From positions 389,174,001 through 389,238,000 of the forward strand of contig OZ024741.1 in assembly GCA_964016885.1 (NCBI GenBank): DNA of 64,000 bases, in the 5' to 3' direction. The position numbers and the translations under genes were made by a program. This document shows positions 49,900 through 63,000 of this stretch, piece by piece. How positions within the stretch are numbered: the stretch's first letter is position 1; each line of letters opens with the position of its first letter. The notes below the pieces were generated by a model. That model worked only from the letters and a program-made list of their open reading frames with translations. It was not told where the DNA came from and did not search any database. The stretch comes from Eledone cirrhosa. Taxonomy: Eukaryota.

Positions 49900-50801
49900 G
49901 GAGGGCATACTGCTTCCCTGGAAAGAGGAGGTGAAGTGCGGAGTATTGTGAAGTGAGATAGCTTTTTCTAACCACACATATATTAAACAATAACTTTTAT
50001 GAAGCGTTGAACTGAATAATAAATAACATTCTATTGTAAAGCTTTGAGTTCTGTGTGTGTGTGTGTGTGTGTGTGCACGCATGCGCCACGTTTTATGCTA
50101 TTTAAACAATTACTTTTACTGAATAATACATGAACTAGCTGCATGTATCGTGTCAAAATAATATATACGTATATCATAGTATGAGTTCCATATATGTGTG
50201 AGAGAGATAGAGATAGAATGGATGAGAGTGAATTCATTCCTTTAGCAGTGAAACATGGAAGCTAATCACGCTATATTTGTTGTGTGGATTTTTAAAATTA
50301 TCAAAAGAAGAATCTAGACCATAATTTTGAAAATATATAAGCAGCTATTTATTTGTTTCTTTCTTCTACTACCAATAATATTCAAAAGCTAAATTTTATG
50401 TCTTCTGGAATAGCTCTGTGGTATTTTATACATAGAATATATAAAGGATTAATTTGGTGGTAATTCTTAGCTGCTCTCACCCCCTCTCTCTCTTTCCCTT
50501 TACATCTTCCTTTTCTCTATCTCCCCCCCCCCCCCCCTCTCGCGCTCTTTCTCACTCTTCCTCCTTTCTCTCTCTCTTCTCATTCTCTTTCTATCTAACT
50601 CTGTACAAAAGCTATAAATTAGTTAGTTGGGAAATGTGATGTTAAAGAATACAAACATGCGACTTTTTCAAAATAATGGATATTTGATCGTGGTTTTAAC
50701 ATTGAACTGTTCGAACTGCTAAGGGAATTCCTATGCCAGAGCTTCTGAATCCTTTTCTCAATTCCAGGCTACTAAAGGATTCTCCAATGTGTTCCCATAG
50801 C

Positions 50802-50859
<58 letters not shown>

Positions 50860-50880
50860 GTCATCACCACCACCACCACC
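50802..50880. repeat. (CAT)n/(CAC)n microsatellite
   Basis: Seen directly in the sequence. Confidence 0.95.
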
Positions 50881-51312
50881 AGTCTTATGAGGTGATAGTA
50901 TCACTTCAAAAGATGCCAGTAATTTGGGTTTGGTTAACACACGAACAGTCAAGAAGAGAAAGGAAGGAAAATCGCAAGGATTCTGCCATATCATAAATAG
51001 TTAATGATACTAAACATCGAGTTCCTTGGATTTCCATAGCCATTGTTAAGAAACCTCTACTCCACGTGTTCGCTAACTCTGCTAGAAATAGTGACCAAAT
51101 TTTCCTCAAACCACACCCCAAAGAAGTTACATTAGATATTGTTCGACTCAGGCATTTACAAAAAAAATTGTGTTGGTCATGGCTGGAACACCTTTAGTAA
51201 TATATCTGCTCGCTAAGATCTAACTTGAAGCTGAACAACAGCATACACAGTTTTAATGGTAAACCCCATTACAGGTTTTCATTGAAGGGGCTTAAGCATA
51301 TTGTAAATGTGT

Positions 51313-51492
51313 ACAGAATCGGTAGAGCGTCGAACATGTTTTGCGGCATATAGTTACGTCCCTTTACGATCTGAGTTCAAATCCCGCCGAGGTTAACATT
51401 GCCTTTCATCCTTTCGGGATCGATAAAATAAAGTACCAGTAATGAACTGGGATAATTGCTGGCTTTGTGCCAAAAGTAGAAACAATTACTAT
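51313..51492 (+). mobile_element. tRNA-type SINE
   Basis: cagaatcggtagagcgtcg..gagttcaaatcccgccgaggttaac..ctttcatcctttcggg..aagtaccagt..tgtgccaaaagtagaaacaatta. Confidence 0.8.
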
Positions 51493-51527
51493 TACGAGAT
51501 GAGAGTGACGTCTTCTCCCTCTTTCTG

Positions 51528-51598
<71 letters not shown>

Positions 51599-51819
51599 AA
51601 ACAAATGACGTCTTTTTCTCTCTCTATCTATGTAAACAACTTTCTCTTGGCGTTCCTCCTTTCTCTATATAGGATGAGGGTGACGTCATAACTTTCTGCC
51701 TATATAACTCATTCCATCACCTCGAAAACACACGACGTTCCCTTTTCTCTCTCTATCTATGTACATATCTCTCACTTCGTGCTGCCCTCTCTATATAAAG
51801 TGAGCGTGACAGACGGACC

Positions 51820-54800
51820 GACGGACAGACAGACAGTGCTCTTATTATATAGACTAGACGAGGGCGACGGACAGACAGACAGTGCTCTTATTGTATAGAC
51901 TAGACGAGGGCGACGGACAGACAGACAGTGCTCTTATTATATAGACTAGACGAGGGCAACAGACAGACAGACAGTGCTCTTATTATATAGACTAGACGAG
52001 GCTGACGGACAGAGAGACAGTGCTCTTATTATATAGACTAGACGAGGGCGACGGACAGACAGACAGTGCTCTTATTATATAGACTAGACGAGGGCGACAG
52101 ACAGACAGACAGTGCTCTTATTATATAGACTAGACGAGGGCGACAGACAGACAGACAGTGCTTTTATTATATAGACTAGACGAGGCTGACGGACAGACAG
52201 ACAGTGCTCTTATTGTATAGACTAGACGAGGGCGACGGACAGACAGAAAGTGCTCTTATTATATAGACTAGACGAGGGCGACAGACAGACAGACAGTGCT
52301 TTTATTATATAGACTAGACGAGGCCGACGGACAGACAGACAGTGCTCTTATTGTATAGACTAGACGAGGGCGACGGACAGACAGACAGTGCTCTTATTAT
52401 ATAGACTAGACGAGGGCGACGGACAGACAGACAGTGCTCTTATTATATAGACTAGACGAGGCTGACGGACAGAGAGACAGTGCTCTTATTATATAGACTA
52501 GACGAGGGCGACGGACAGACAGACAGTGCTCTTATTATATAGACTAGACGAGGCTGACGGACAGAGAGACAGTGCTCTTATTATATAGACTAGACGAGGG
52601 CGACGGACAGACAGACAGTGCTCTTATTATATAGACTAGACGAGGGCGACAGACAGACAGACAGTGCTCTTATTATATAGACTAGACGAGGGCGACAGAC
52701 AGACAGACAGTGCTCTTATTATATAGACTAGACGAGGGCGACAGACAGACAGACAGTGCTTTTATTATATAGACTAGACGAGGCTGACGGACAGACAGAC
52801 AGTGCTCTTATTGTATAGACTAGACGAGGGCGACGGACAGACAGAAAGTGCTCTTATTATATAGACTAGACGAGGGCGACAGACAGACAGACAGTGCTTT
52901 TATTATATAGACTAGACGAGGCCGACGGACAGACAGACAGTGCTCTTATTGTATAGACTAGACGAGGGCGATGGACAGACAGACAGTGCTCTTATTATAT
53001 AGACTAGACGAGGGCGACAGACAGACAGACAGTGCTTTTATTATATAGACTAGACGAGGCTGACGGACAGACAGACAGTGCTCTTATTGTATAGACTAGA
53101 CGAGGGCGACGGACAGACAGACAGTGCTCTTATTATATAGACTAGACGAGGGCGACAGACAGACAGACAGTGCTCTTATTATATAGACTAGACGAGGGCG
53201 ACAGACAGACAGACAGTGCTTTTATTATATAGACTAGACGAGGCTGACGGACAGACAGACAGTGCTCTTATTGTATAGACTAGACGAGGGCGACGGACAG
53301 ACAGACAGTGCTCTTATTATATAGACTAGACGAGGGCGACAGACAGACAGACAGTGCTCTTATTATATAGACTAGACGAGGGCGACAGACAGACAGACAG
53401 TGCTTTTATTATATAGACTAGACGAGGCTGACGGACAGACAGACAGTGCTCTTATTGTATAGACTAGACGAGGGCGACGGACAGACAGAAAGTGCTCTTA
53501 TTATATAGACTAGACGAGGGCGACAGACAGACAGACAGTGCTTTTATTATATAGACTAGACGAGGCCGACGGACAGACAGACAGTGCTCTTATTGTATAG
53601 ACTAGACGAGGGCGACGGACAGACAGACAGTGCTCTTATTATATAGACTAGACGAGGGCGACGGACAGACAGACAGTGCTCTTATTATATAGACTAGACG
53701 AGGGCGACGTACAGACAGAGTATATATATATATTACACACACAGAAATGTATATATATTTCTATGTGTATATATATATTACACACACAGAAATGTATATA
53801 TATTTCTGTGCGTATATATATATATATTTCTGTGTGTGTATATATATATTACACACACACAGAAATGTATATATGTTTCTGTAGCACTCCTCAATTCCCC
53901 CCTCTCTCCCTCCCGTTATCCCCCTCTTGTAGTTTCTCTCTCTACGCGTGCGCAAAAAACATTCGCACGTGCGCACGTGTTTCCCCTGTCGGACAGACAG
54001 AGAAATTGCTGGTTATATATTATAAGGAGACGAGGGCGACGGACAGACAGACAGTGCTCTTATTATATAGACTAGACGAGGCTGACGGACAGACAGACAG
54101 TGCTCTTATTATATAGACTAGACGAGGCTGAAGGACAGACAGACAGTGCTCTTATTATATAGACTAGACGAGGGCGACAGACAGACAGTGCTTTTATTAT
54201 ATAGACTAGACGAGAGCGACGGACAGACAGACAGTGCTCTTATTATATAGACTAGACGAGGCTGACGGACAGACAGACACTGCTTTTATTATATAGACTA
54301 GACGAGGCTGACGGACAGACAGACAGTGCTCTTATTATATAGACTAGACGAGGGCGACGGACAGACAGACAGTGCTCTTATTATATAGACTAGACGAGGG
54401 CGACGGACAGACAGACAGTGCTTTTATTATATAGACTAGACGAGGCTGACGGACAGACAGACAGTGATCTTATTATATAGACTAGACGAGGGCGACGGAC
54501 AGACAGACAGTGCTCTTATTATATAGACTAGACGAGGCTGACGGACAGACAGACAGTGCTTTTATTATATAGACTAGACGAGGGCGACGGACAGACAGAC
54601 AGTGCTCTTATTATATAGACTAGACGAGGGCGACGGACAGACAGACAGTGCTCTTATTATATAGACTAGACGAGGCTGACGGACAGACAGACAGTGCTCT
54701 TATTATATAGACTAGACGAGGGCGACGGACAGACAGACAGTGCTTTTATTATATAGACTAGACGAGGGCGACGGACAGACAGACAGTGCTCTTATTATAT

Positions 54801-55612
54801 AGACTAGACGAGGGCGACGGACAGACAGACAGTGCTCTTATTATATAGACTAGACGAGGGCGACGGACAGACAGACAGTGCTCTTATTATATAGACTAGA
54901 CGAGGCTGACGGACAGACAGACAGTGCTCTTATTATATAGACTAGACGAGGCTGACAGACAGACAGTGCTCTTATTATATAGACTAGACGAGGGCGACGG
55001 ACAGACAGAGCTCTTATTATATAGACTAGACGAGGGCGACGGACACACAGACAGTGCTCTTATTATATAGACTAAACGAGGCAGACGGACAGACAGACAG
55101 TGCTCTTATTATATAGACTAAACGAGGCCGACGGACAGACAGACAGTGCTCTTATTATATAGACTAAACGAGGCAGACGGACAGACAGACAGTGCTCTTA
55201 TTATATAGACTAAACGAGGCCGACGGACAGACAGTGCTCTTATTATATAGACTAGACGAGGGCGACGGACAGACAGAGCTCTTATTATATAGACTAGACG
55301 AGGCCGACGGACAGACAGACAGTGCTCTTATTATATAGACTAGACGAGGGCGACAGACAGACAGTGCTCTTATTGTATAGACTAGACGAGGGCGACGGAC
55401 AGACAGACAGTGCTCTTTTTATATAGACTAGACGAGGCCGACGGACAGACAGACAGTGCTCTTATTATATAGATTAGACGAGGCCGACGGACAGACAGAC
55501 AGTGCACTTATTATATAGACTAGACGAGGCTGACGGACAGACAGACAGTGCACTTATTATATAGACTAGACGAGAGCGACAGACAGACAGTGCTTTTATT
55601 ATATAGACTAGA
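51820..55612 (-). repeat. 46-bp satellite (mini-Helitron-like units), interrupted by a 378-bp longer unit at 53694-54071
   Basis: Unit on -: TCTATATAATAAGAGCACTGTCTGTCTGTCCGTCGCCCTCGTCTAG; period 46 (42/50 where the GACA count varies). Confidence 0.95.
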
Positions 55613-56218
55613 CTAGCAGAAAACCACCTGGTGGGCGGTTTTCTGCTAGCAAATCTAGTGTATATACTGATATTGTTGAGATTTGGATGAGAAATGTTTT
55701 CGGCACCACATGTTCACCGTCTCTCGATGTGTCTTTTATGCATGTATAAATATATATGTTATCTACAAGGTGAAATCTTTGAAATAAATATATGTTAAAA
55801 CGAAAAAGGAGAAAAAGAGATTAGTGACGGAAATATAAACGTTATGATACATAAACGTTATGATATAACGATGGAAATATATCTTCAAATGGTCCTTGGC
55901 ATGGTGTCAAGTCAGAACCGCCTCGAACTGGTTACTTCTGGCTTGTGCAAGGTGTCTCTATAGCAACCAGCGATTCCCTCGGCCTCAGTGACCAAAGTCA
56001 GTGGAGATGGGAAGGTAATGTTTCTATAGCGACAGTGTTTCTCTTCGTAGTACCAAAGTGGAGAAAGGAAGGGGAAGGTAATATTTCTGTAGCACCTACA
56101 TTTGAGTTTTAGAGAAGGACAGACAGACAGACAGACAGACAAACAGAGAAATGTCCATATATTTCTGTGTGTGTGTATATATATATATATTACACACACA
56201 GAAATGTATATATATTTC

Positions 56219-56249
<31 letters not shown>

Positions 56250-56688
56250 TACACACACAGAAATGTATATATATTTCTGTGTGTATATATATATATATAT
56301 TACACACACAGAAATGTATATATATTTCTGTGTGTATATATATATATATATTACACACACAGAAATGTATATATATTTCTTAGAACAAAATTATTATTAA
56401 TGTTTTGCTGTTCATAACAATTGGAATTGAAAATTACTTTTGAAATTATTAGTTATTTTACTAATGCTTAGATATGTAAAAATGAAGCAATGTTTCTAAT
56501 AATTGTTTCTACTTTTGGCACAAGGCCAGCAATTTCCCAGCACATTACTAGTACTTTATTTTATCGACCCCGTGAGGATCAAAGGCAAAGTTAACCTCGG
56601 CGGTATTTGAACCCAGACCGTAAAGGGACGTAACTCCATGCTATGAAGCATATATATATATACACACACAGAAATTTATATATATTTC

Positions 56689-56721
<33 letters not shown>

Positions 56722-57060
56722 TACACACACAGAAATGTATATATATTTCTGTGTGTATATATATATTACACACACAGAAATATATATATATTTCTGTGTG
56801 TATATATATATATATTTCTGTGTGTGTATATATATATTACACACACACAGAAATGTATATATGTTTCTGTAGCACTCCTCAATTCCCCCTCTCTCTCTCT
56901 CCCGCTATCCTCCTCTTGTAGTTTCTCTCTCTACGCGTGCGCAAAAAACATTCGCACGTGCGCACGTGTTTCCCCTGTCGGACAGACAGAGAAATTGCTG
57001 GTTATATATTATAAGGAGTCGAGGGCGACTGACAGACAGACAGTGCTCTTATTATATAGA
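55613..57060 (-). mobile_element. Non-autonomous Helitron-like element embedded in the satellite
   Basis: 5' TCTATATAATAA at 57060, 3' CTAG at 55613-55616 with a GC-containing palindrome at 55613-55649; internal palindromic minisatellite; nested SINE. Confidence 0.65.
56500..56650 (-). mobile_element. tRNA-type SINE nested in the Helitron-like element
   Basis: Matches 29685-29835. Confidence 0.8.
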
Positions 57061-60000
57061 CTAGACGAGGGCGACGGACAGACAGACAGTGCTCTTATTA
57101 TATAGACTAGACGAGGCTGACGGACAGACAGACAGTGCTCTTATTATATAGACTAGACGAGGCTGACGGACAGACAGACAGTGCTCTTATTATATAGACT
57201 AGACGAGGCTGACGGATAGACAGACAGTGCTCTTATTATATAGACTAGACGAGGGCGACGGACAGACAGACAGTGCTCTTATTATATAGACTAGACGAGG
57301 CTGACGGACAGACAGACAGTGCTCTTATTATATAGACTAGACGAGGCTGATGGACAGACAGACAGTGCTCTTATTATATAGACTAGACGAGGGCGACGGA
57401 CAGACAGACAGTGCTTTTATTATATAGACTAGACGAGGGCGACGTACAGACAGACAGTGCTTTTATTATATAGACTAGACGAGGGCGACGGACAGACAGA
57501 CAGTGCTTTTATTATATAGACAAGACGAGGCTGACGGACAGACAGACAGTGCTCTTATTATATAGACTAGACGAGGGCGACGGACAGACAGACAGACAGT
57601 GCTCTTATTATATAGACTAGACGAGGCCGACAGACAGACAGACAGTGCTCTTATTATATAGAATAGACGAGGGCGACGGACAGACAGACAGACAGTGCTC
57701 TTATTATATAGACTAGACGAGGGCGACGGACAGACAGACAGTGCTCTTATTATATAGACTAGACTAGGCCGACGGACAGACAGACACTGCTCTTATTATA
57801 TAGACTAGACGAGGGCGACGGACAGACAGACAGGGCTTTTATTATATAGACTAGACGAGGCTGACGGACAGACAGACAGTGCTCTTATTATATAGACTAG
57901 ACGAGGGCGACGGACAGACAGACAGTGCTTTTATTATATAGACTAGACGAGGCTGACGGACAGACAGACAGTGCTCTTATTATATAGACTAGACGAGGCT
58001 GACGGACAGACAGACAGTGCTCTTATTATATAGACTAGACGAGGCTGACGGACAGACAGTGCTCTATTTATATAGACTAGACGAGGCTGACGGACAGACA
58101 GACAGTGCTCTTATTATATAGACTAGACGAGGGCGACGGACAGACAGACAGTTCTCTTATTATATAGACTAGACGAGGGCGATGGACAGACAGACAGACA
58201 GTGCTCTTATTATATAGACTAGACGAGGCTGACGGACAGACAGACAGTGCTCTTATTATATAGACTAGACGAGGGCGACGGACAGACAGACAGTGCTCTT
58301 ATTATATAGACTAGACGAAGCTGACGGACAGACAGACAGTGCTCTTATTATATAGACTAGACGAGGCTGACGGACAGACAGACAGTGCTCTTATTATATA
58401 GACTAGACGAGGGCGACGGACAGACAGACAGACAGACAGTGCTCTTATTATATAGACTAGACGAGGCTGACGGACAGACAGACAGTGCTCTTATTATATA
58501 GACTAGACGAGGCTGACGGACAGATAGACAGTGCTCTTATTATATAGACTAGACGAGGCTGACGGACAGACAGACAGTGCTCTTATTATATAGACTAGAC
58601 GAGGGCAACGGACAGACAGACAGTGCTCTTATTATATAGACTAGACGAGGCTGATGGACAGACAGACAGTGCTCTTATTATATAGACTAGACGAGGGCGA
58701 CGGACAGACAGACAGTGCTTTTATTATATAGACTAGACGAGGGCGACAGACAGACAGACAGTGCTTTTATTATATAGACTAGACGAGGGCGACGTACAGA
58801 CAGACAGTGCTCTTATTATATAGACTAGACGAGGCTGACGGACAGACAGACAGTGCTCTTATTATATAGACTAGACGAGGGCGACGGACAGACAGACAGT
58901 GCTCTTATTATATAGACTAGACGAGGGCGACGGACAGACAGACAGTGCTTTTATTATATAGACTAGACGAGGGCGACGGACAGACAGACAATGCTCTTAT
59001 TATATAGACTAGACGAGGCCGACAGACAGACAGACAGTGCTCTTATTATATAGACTAGACGAGGGCGACGGCCAGACAGACAGACAGTGCTCTTATTATA
59101 TAGACTAGACGAGGCTGACTGACAGACAGACAGTGCTCTTATTATATAGACTAGACGAGGCTGACGGACAGACAGACAGTGCTCTTATTATATAGACTAG
59201 ACGAGGCCGACAGACAGACAGACAGTGCTCTTATTATATAGACAAGACGAGGGCGACGGACAGACAGACAGATAGTGCTCTTATTATATAGACTAGACGA
59301 GGCTGACGGACAGACAGACAGTGCTCTTATTATATAGACTAGACGAAGCTGACGGACAGACAGACAGTGCTCTTATTATATAGACTAGACGAGGGCGACG
59401 GACAGACAGACAGTCCTTTTATTATATAGACTAGACGAGGCTGACGGACAGACAGACAGTGCTCTTATTATATAGACTAGACGAGGGCGACGGACAGACA
59501 GACAGTGCTTTTATTATATAGACTAGACGAGGCTTACGGACAGACAGACAGTGCTCTTATTATATAGACTAGACGAGGCTGACGGACAGACAGACAGTGC
59601 TCTTATTATATAGACTAGACGAGGCTGACGGACAGACAGACAGTGCTCTTATTATATAGACTAGACGAGGCTGACGGACAGACACACAGTGCTCTTATTA
59701 TATAGACTAGACGAGGCTGACGGACAGACAGACAGTGCTCTTATTATATAGACTAGACGAGGCTGACGGACAGACAGACAGTGCTCTTATTATATAGACT
59801 AGACGAGGGCGACGGACAGACAGACAGACAGTGCTCTTATTATATAGACTAGACGAGGCTGACGGACAGACAGACAGTGCTCTTATTATATAGACTAGAC
59901 GAGGCTGACGGACAGACAGACAGTGCTCTTATTATATAGACTAGACGAGGGCGACGGACAGAGAGACAGTGCTTTTATTATATAGACTAGACGAGGGCGA

Positions 60001-63000
60001 CGGACAGACAGACAGTGCTCTTATTATATAGACTAGACGTGGCTGACGGATAGACAGACAGTGCTCTTATTATATAGACTAGACGAGGCTGACGGACAGA
60101 CAGACAGTGCTCTTATTATATAGACTAGACGAGGGCGACGGACAGACAGACAGTGCTTTTATTATATAGACTAGACGAGGCGACGTACAGACAGACAGTG
60201 CTTTTATTATATAGACTAGACGAGGGCGACGGACAGACAGACAGTGCTCTTATTATATAGACAAGACGAGGCTGACGGACAGACAGACAGTGCTCTTATT
60301 ATATAGACTAGTCGAGGGCGACGGACAGACAGACAGACAGTGCTCTTATTATATAGACTAGACGAGGCTGACGGACAGACAGACAGTGCTCTTATTGTAT
60401 AGACAAGACGAGGCTGACGGACAGACAGACAGTGCTCTTATTATATAGACTAGACGAGGCCGACAGACAGACAGACAGTGCTCTTATTATATAGACTAGA
60501 CGATGGCGACGGACAGGCAGACAGACAGTGCTCTTATTATATAGACTAGACGAGGGCGACGGACAGACAGACAGTGCTCTTATTATATAGACTAGACGAG
60601 GCCGACGGACAGACAGACACTGCTCGTATTATATAGACTAGACGAGGCTGACGGACAGACAGACAGTGCTCTTATTATATAGACTAGAGGAGGCTGACGG
60701 ACAGACAGACAGTTCTCTTATTATATAGACTAGACGAGGGCGATGGACAGACAGACAGACAGTGCTCTTATTATATAGACTAGACGAGGCTGACGGACAG
60801 ACAGACAGTGCTCTTATTATATAGACTAGACGAGGGCGACGGACAGACAGACAGTGCTCTTATTATATAGACTAGACGAGGCTGATGGACAGACAGACAG
60901 TGCTCTTATTATATAGACTAGACGAGGCTGACGGACAGACAGACAGTGCTCTTATTATATAGACTAGACGAGGGCGACGGACAGACAGACAGTGCTCTTA
61001 TTATATAGACTAGACGAGGCTGACGGACAGACAGACAGTGCTCTTATTATATAGACTAGACGAGGCTGACGGACAGATAGACAGTGCTCTTATTATATAG
61101 ACTAGACGAGGCTGACGGACAGACAGACAGTGCTCTTATTATATAGACTAGACGAGGGCGACGGACAGACAGACAGTTCTCTTATTATATAGACTAGACG
61201 AGGGCGATGGACAGACAGACAGACAGTGCTCTTATTATATAGACTAGACGAGGCTGACGGACAGACAGACAGTGCTCTTATTATATAGACTAGACGAGGG
61301 CGACGGACAGACAGACAGTGCTCTTATTATATAGACTAGACGAAGCTGACGGACAGACAGACAGTGCTCTTATTATATAGACTAGACGAGGCTGACGGAC
61401 AGACAGACAGTGCTCTTATTATATAGACTAGACGAGGGCGACGGACAGACAGACAGACAGTGCTCTTATTATATAGACTAGACGAGGCTGACGGACAGAC
61501 AGACAGTGCTCTTATTATATAGACTAGACGAGGCTGACGGACAGATAGACAGTGCTCTTATTATATAGACTAGACGAGGCTGACGGACAGACAGACAGTG
61601 CTCTTATTATATAGACTAGACGAGGGCGACGGACAGACAGACAGTGCTCTTATTATATAGACTAGACGAGGGCGACGGACAGACAGACAGTGCTTTTATT
61701 ATATAGACTAGACGAGGGCGACGGACAGACAGACAGTGCTCTTATTATATAGACTAGACGAGGCCGACAGACAGACAGACAGTGCTCTTATTATATAGAC
61801 TAGACGAGGGCGACGGCCAGACAGACAGACAGTGCTCTTATTATATAGACTAGACGAGGCTGACGGACAGACAGACAGTGCTCTTATTATATAGACTAGA
61901 CGAGGCCGACAGACAGACAGACAGTGCTCTTATTATATAGACTAGACGAGGGCGACGGACAGACAGACAGCCAGTGCTCTCATTATATAGACTAGACGAG
62001 GCTGACGGACAGACAGACAGTGCTCTTATTATATAGACTAGACGAAGCTGACGGACAGACAGACAGTGCTCTTATTATATAGACTAGACGAGGGCGACGG
62101 ACAGACAGACAGTGCTTTTATTATATAGACTAGACGAGGCTGACGGACAGACAGACAGTGCTCTTATTATATAGACTAGACGAGGGCGACGGACAGACAG
62201 ACAGTGCTTTTATTATATAGACTAGACGAGGCTGACGGACAGACAGACAGTGCTCTTATTATATAGACTAGACGAGGCTGACGGACAGACAGACAGTGCT
62301 CTTATTATATAGACTAGACGAGGCTGAGGGACAGACAGAGCAGTGCTCTTATTATATAGACTAGACGAGGCTGACAGACAGACAGACAGTGCTCTTATTA
62401 TATAGACTAGACGAGGCTGACGGACAGACAGACAGTGCTCTTATTATATAGACTAGACGAGGCTGACGGACAGACAGACAGTGCTCTTATTATATAGACT
62501 AGACGAGGGCGAAGGACAGACAGACAGACAGTGCTCTTATTATATAGACTAGACGAGGCTGACGGACAGACAGACAGTGCTCTTATTATATAGACTAGAC
62601 GAGGCTGACGGACAGACAGACAGTGCTCTTATTATATAGACTAGACGTGGCTGACGGATAGACAGACAGTGCTCTTATTATATAGACTAGACGAGGGCGA
62701 CGGACAGACAGACATTGCTCTTATTATATAGACTAGACGAGGCTGACGGACAGACAGACAGTGCTCTTATTATATAGACTAGACGAGGCTGACGGACAGA
62801 CAGACAGTGCTCTTATTATATAGACTAGACGAGGGCGACGGACAGACAGACAGTGCTTTTATTATATAGACTAGACGAGGGCGACGTACAGACAGACAGT
62901 GCTTTTATTATATAGACTAGACGAGGGCGACGGACAGACAGACAGTGCTCTTATTATATAGACAAGACGAGGCTGACGGACAGACAGACAGTGCTCTTAT

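Larger units (their letters stand above)
48075..49976 (+). mobile_element. Ty3/Gypsy-like LTR retrotransposon, internally deleted (5' LTR 48075-48469, gag, protease, 3' LTR stub)
   Basis: TG...CA-bounded segment; its end 'aagtgagatag.tttttctaac.aca' recurs at 49951-49976; gag and protease ORFs lie between. Confidence 0.85.

Noticed and set aside
48070-49980. TSD and PBS for the Gypsy element
   Set aside because: The flanks (gaaa / cata) do not match and no clear TGG-initiated PBS follows the LTR, so neither is claimed.
50733-50996. Poly-His / poly-Asp protein
   Set aside because: A (CAT)n microsatellite read in frame; the flanks are not protein-like.
51313-51400. tRNA gene (also 4565-4640 and 29790-29872)
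   Set aside because: A/B-box-like motifs only; no cloverleaf, and they continue into SINE body sequence.
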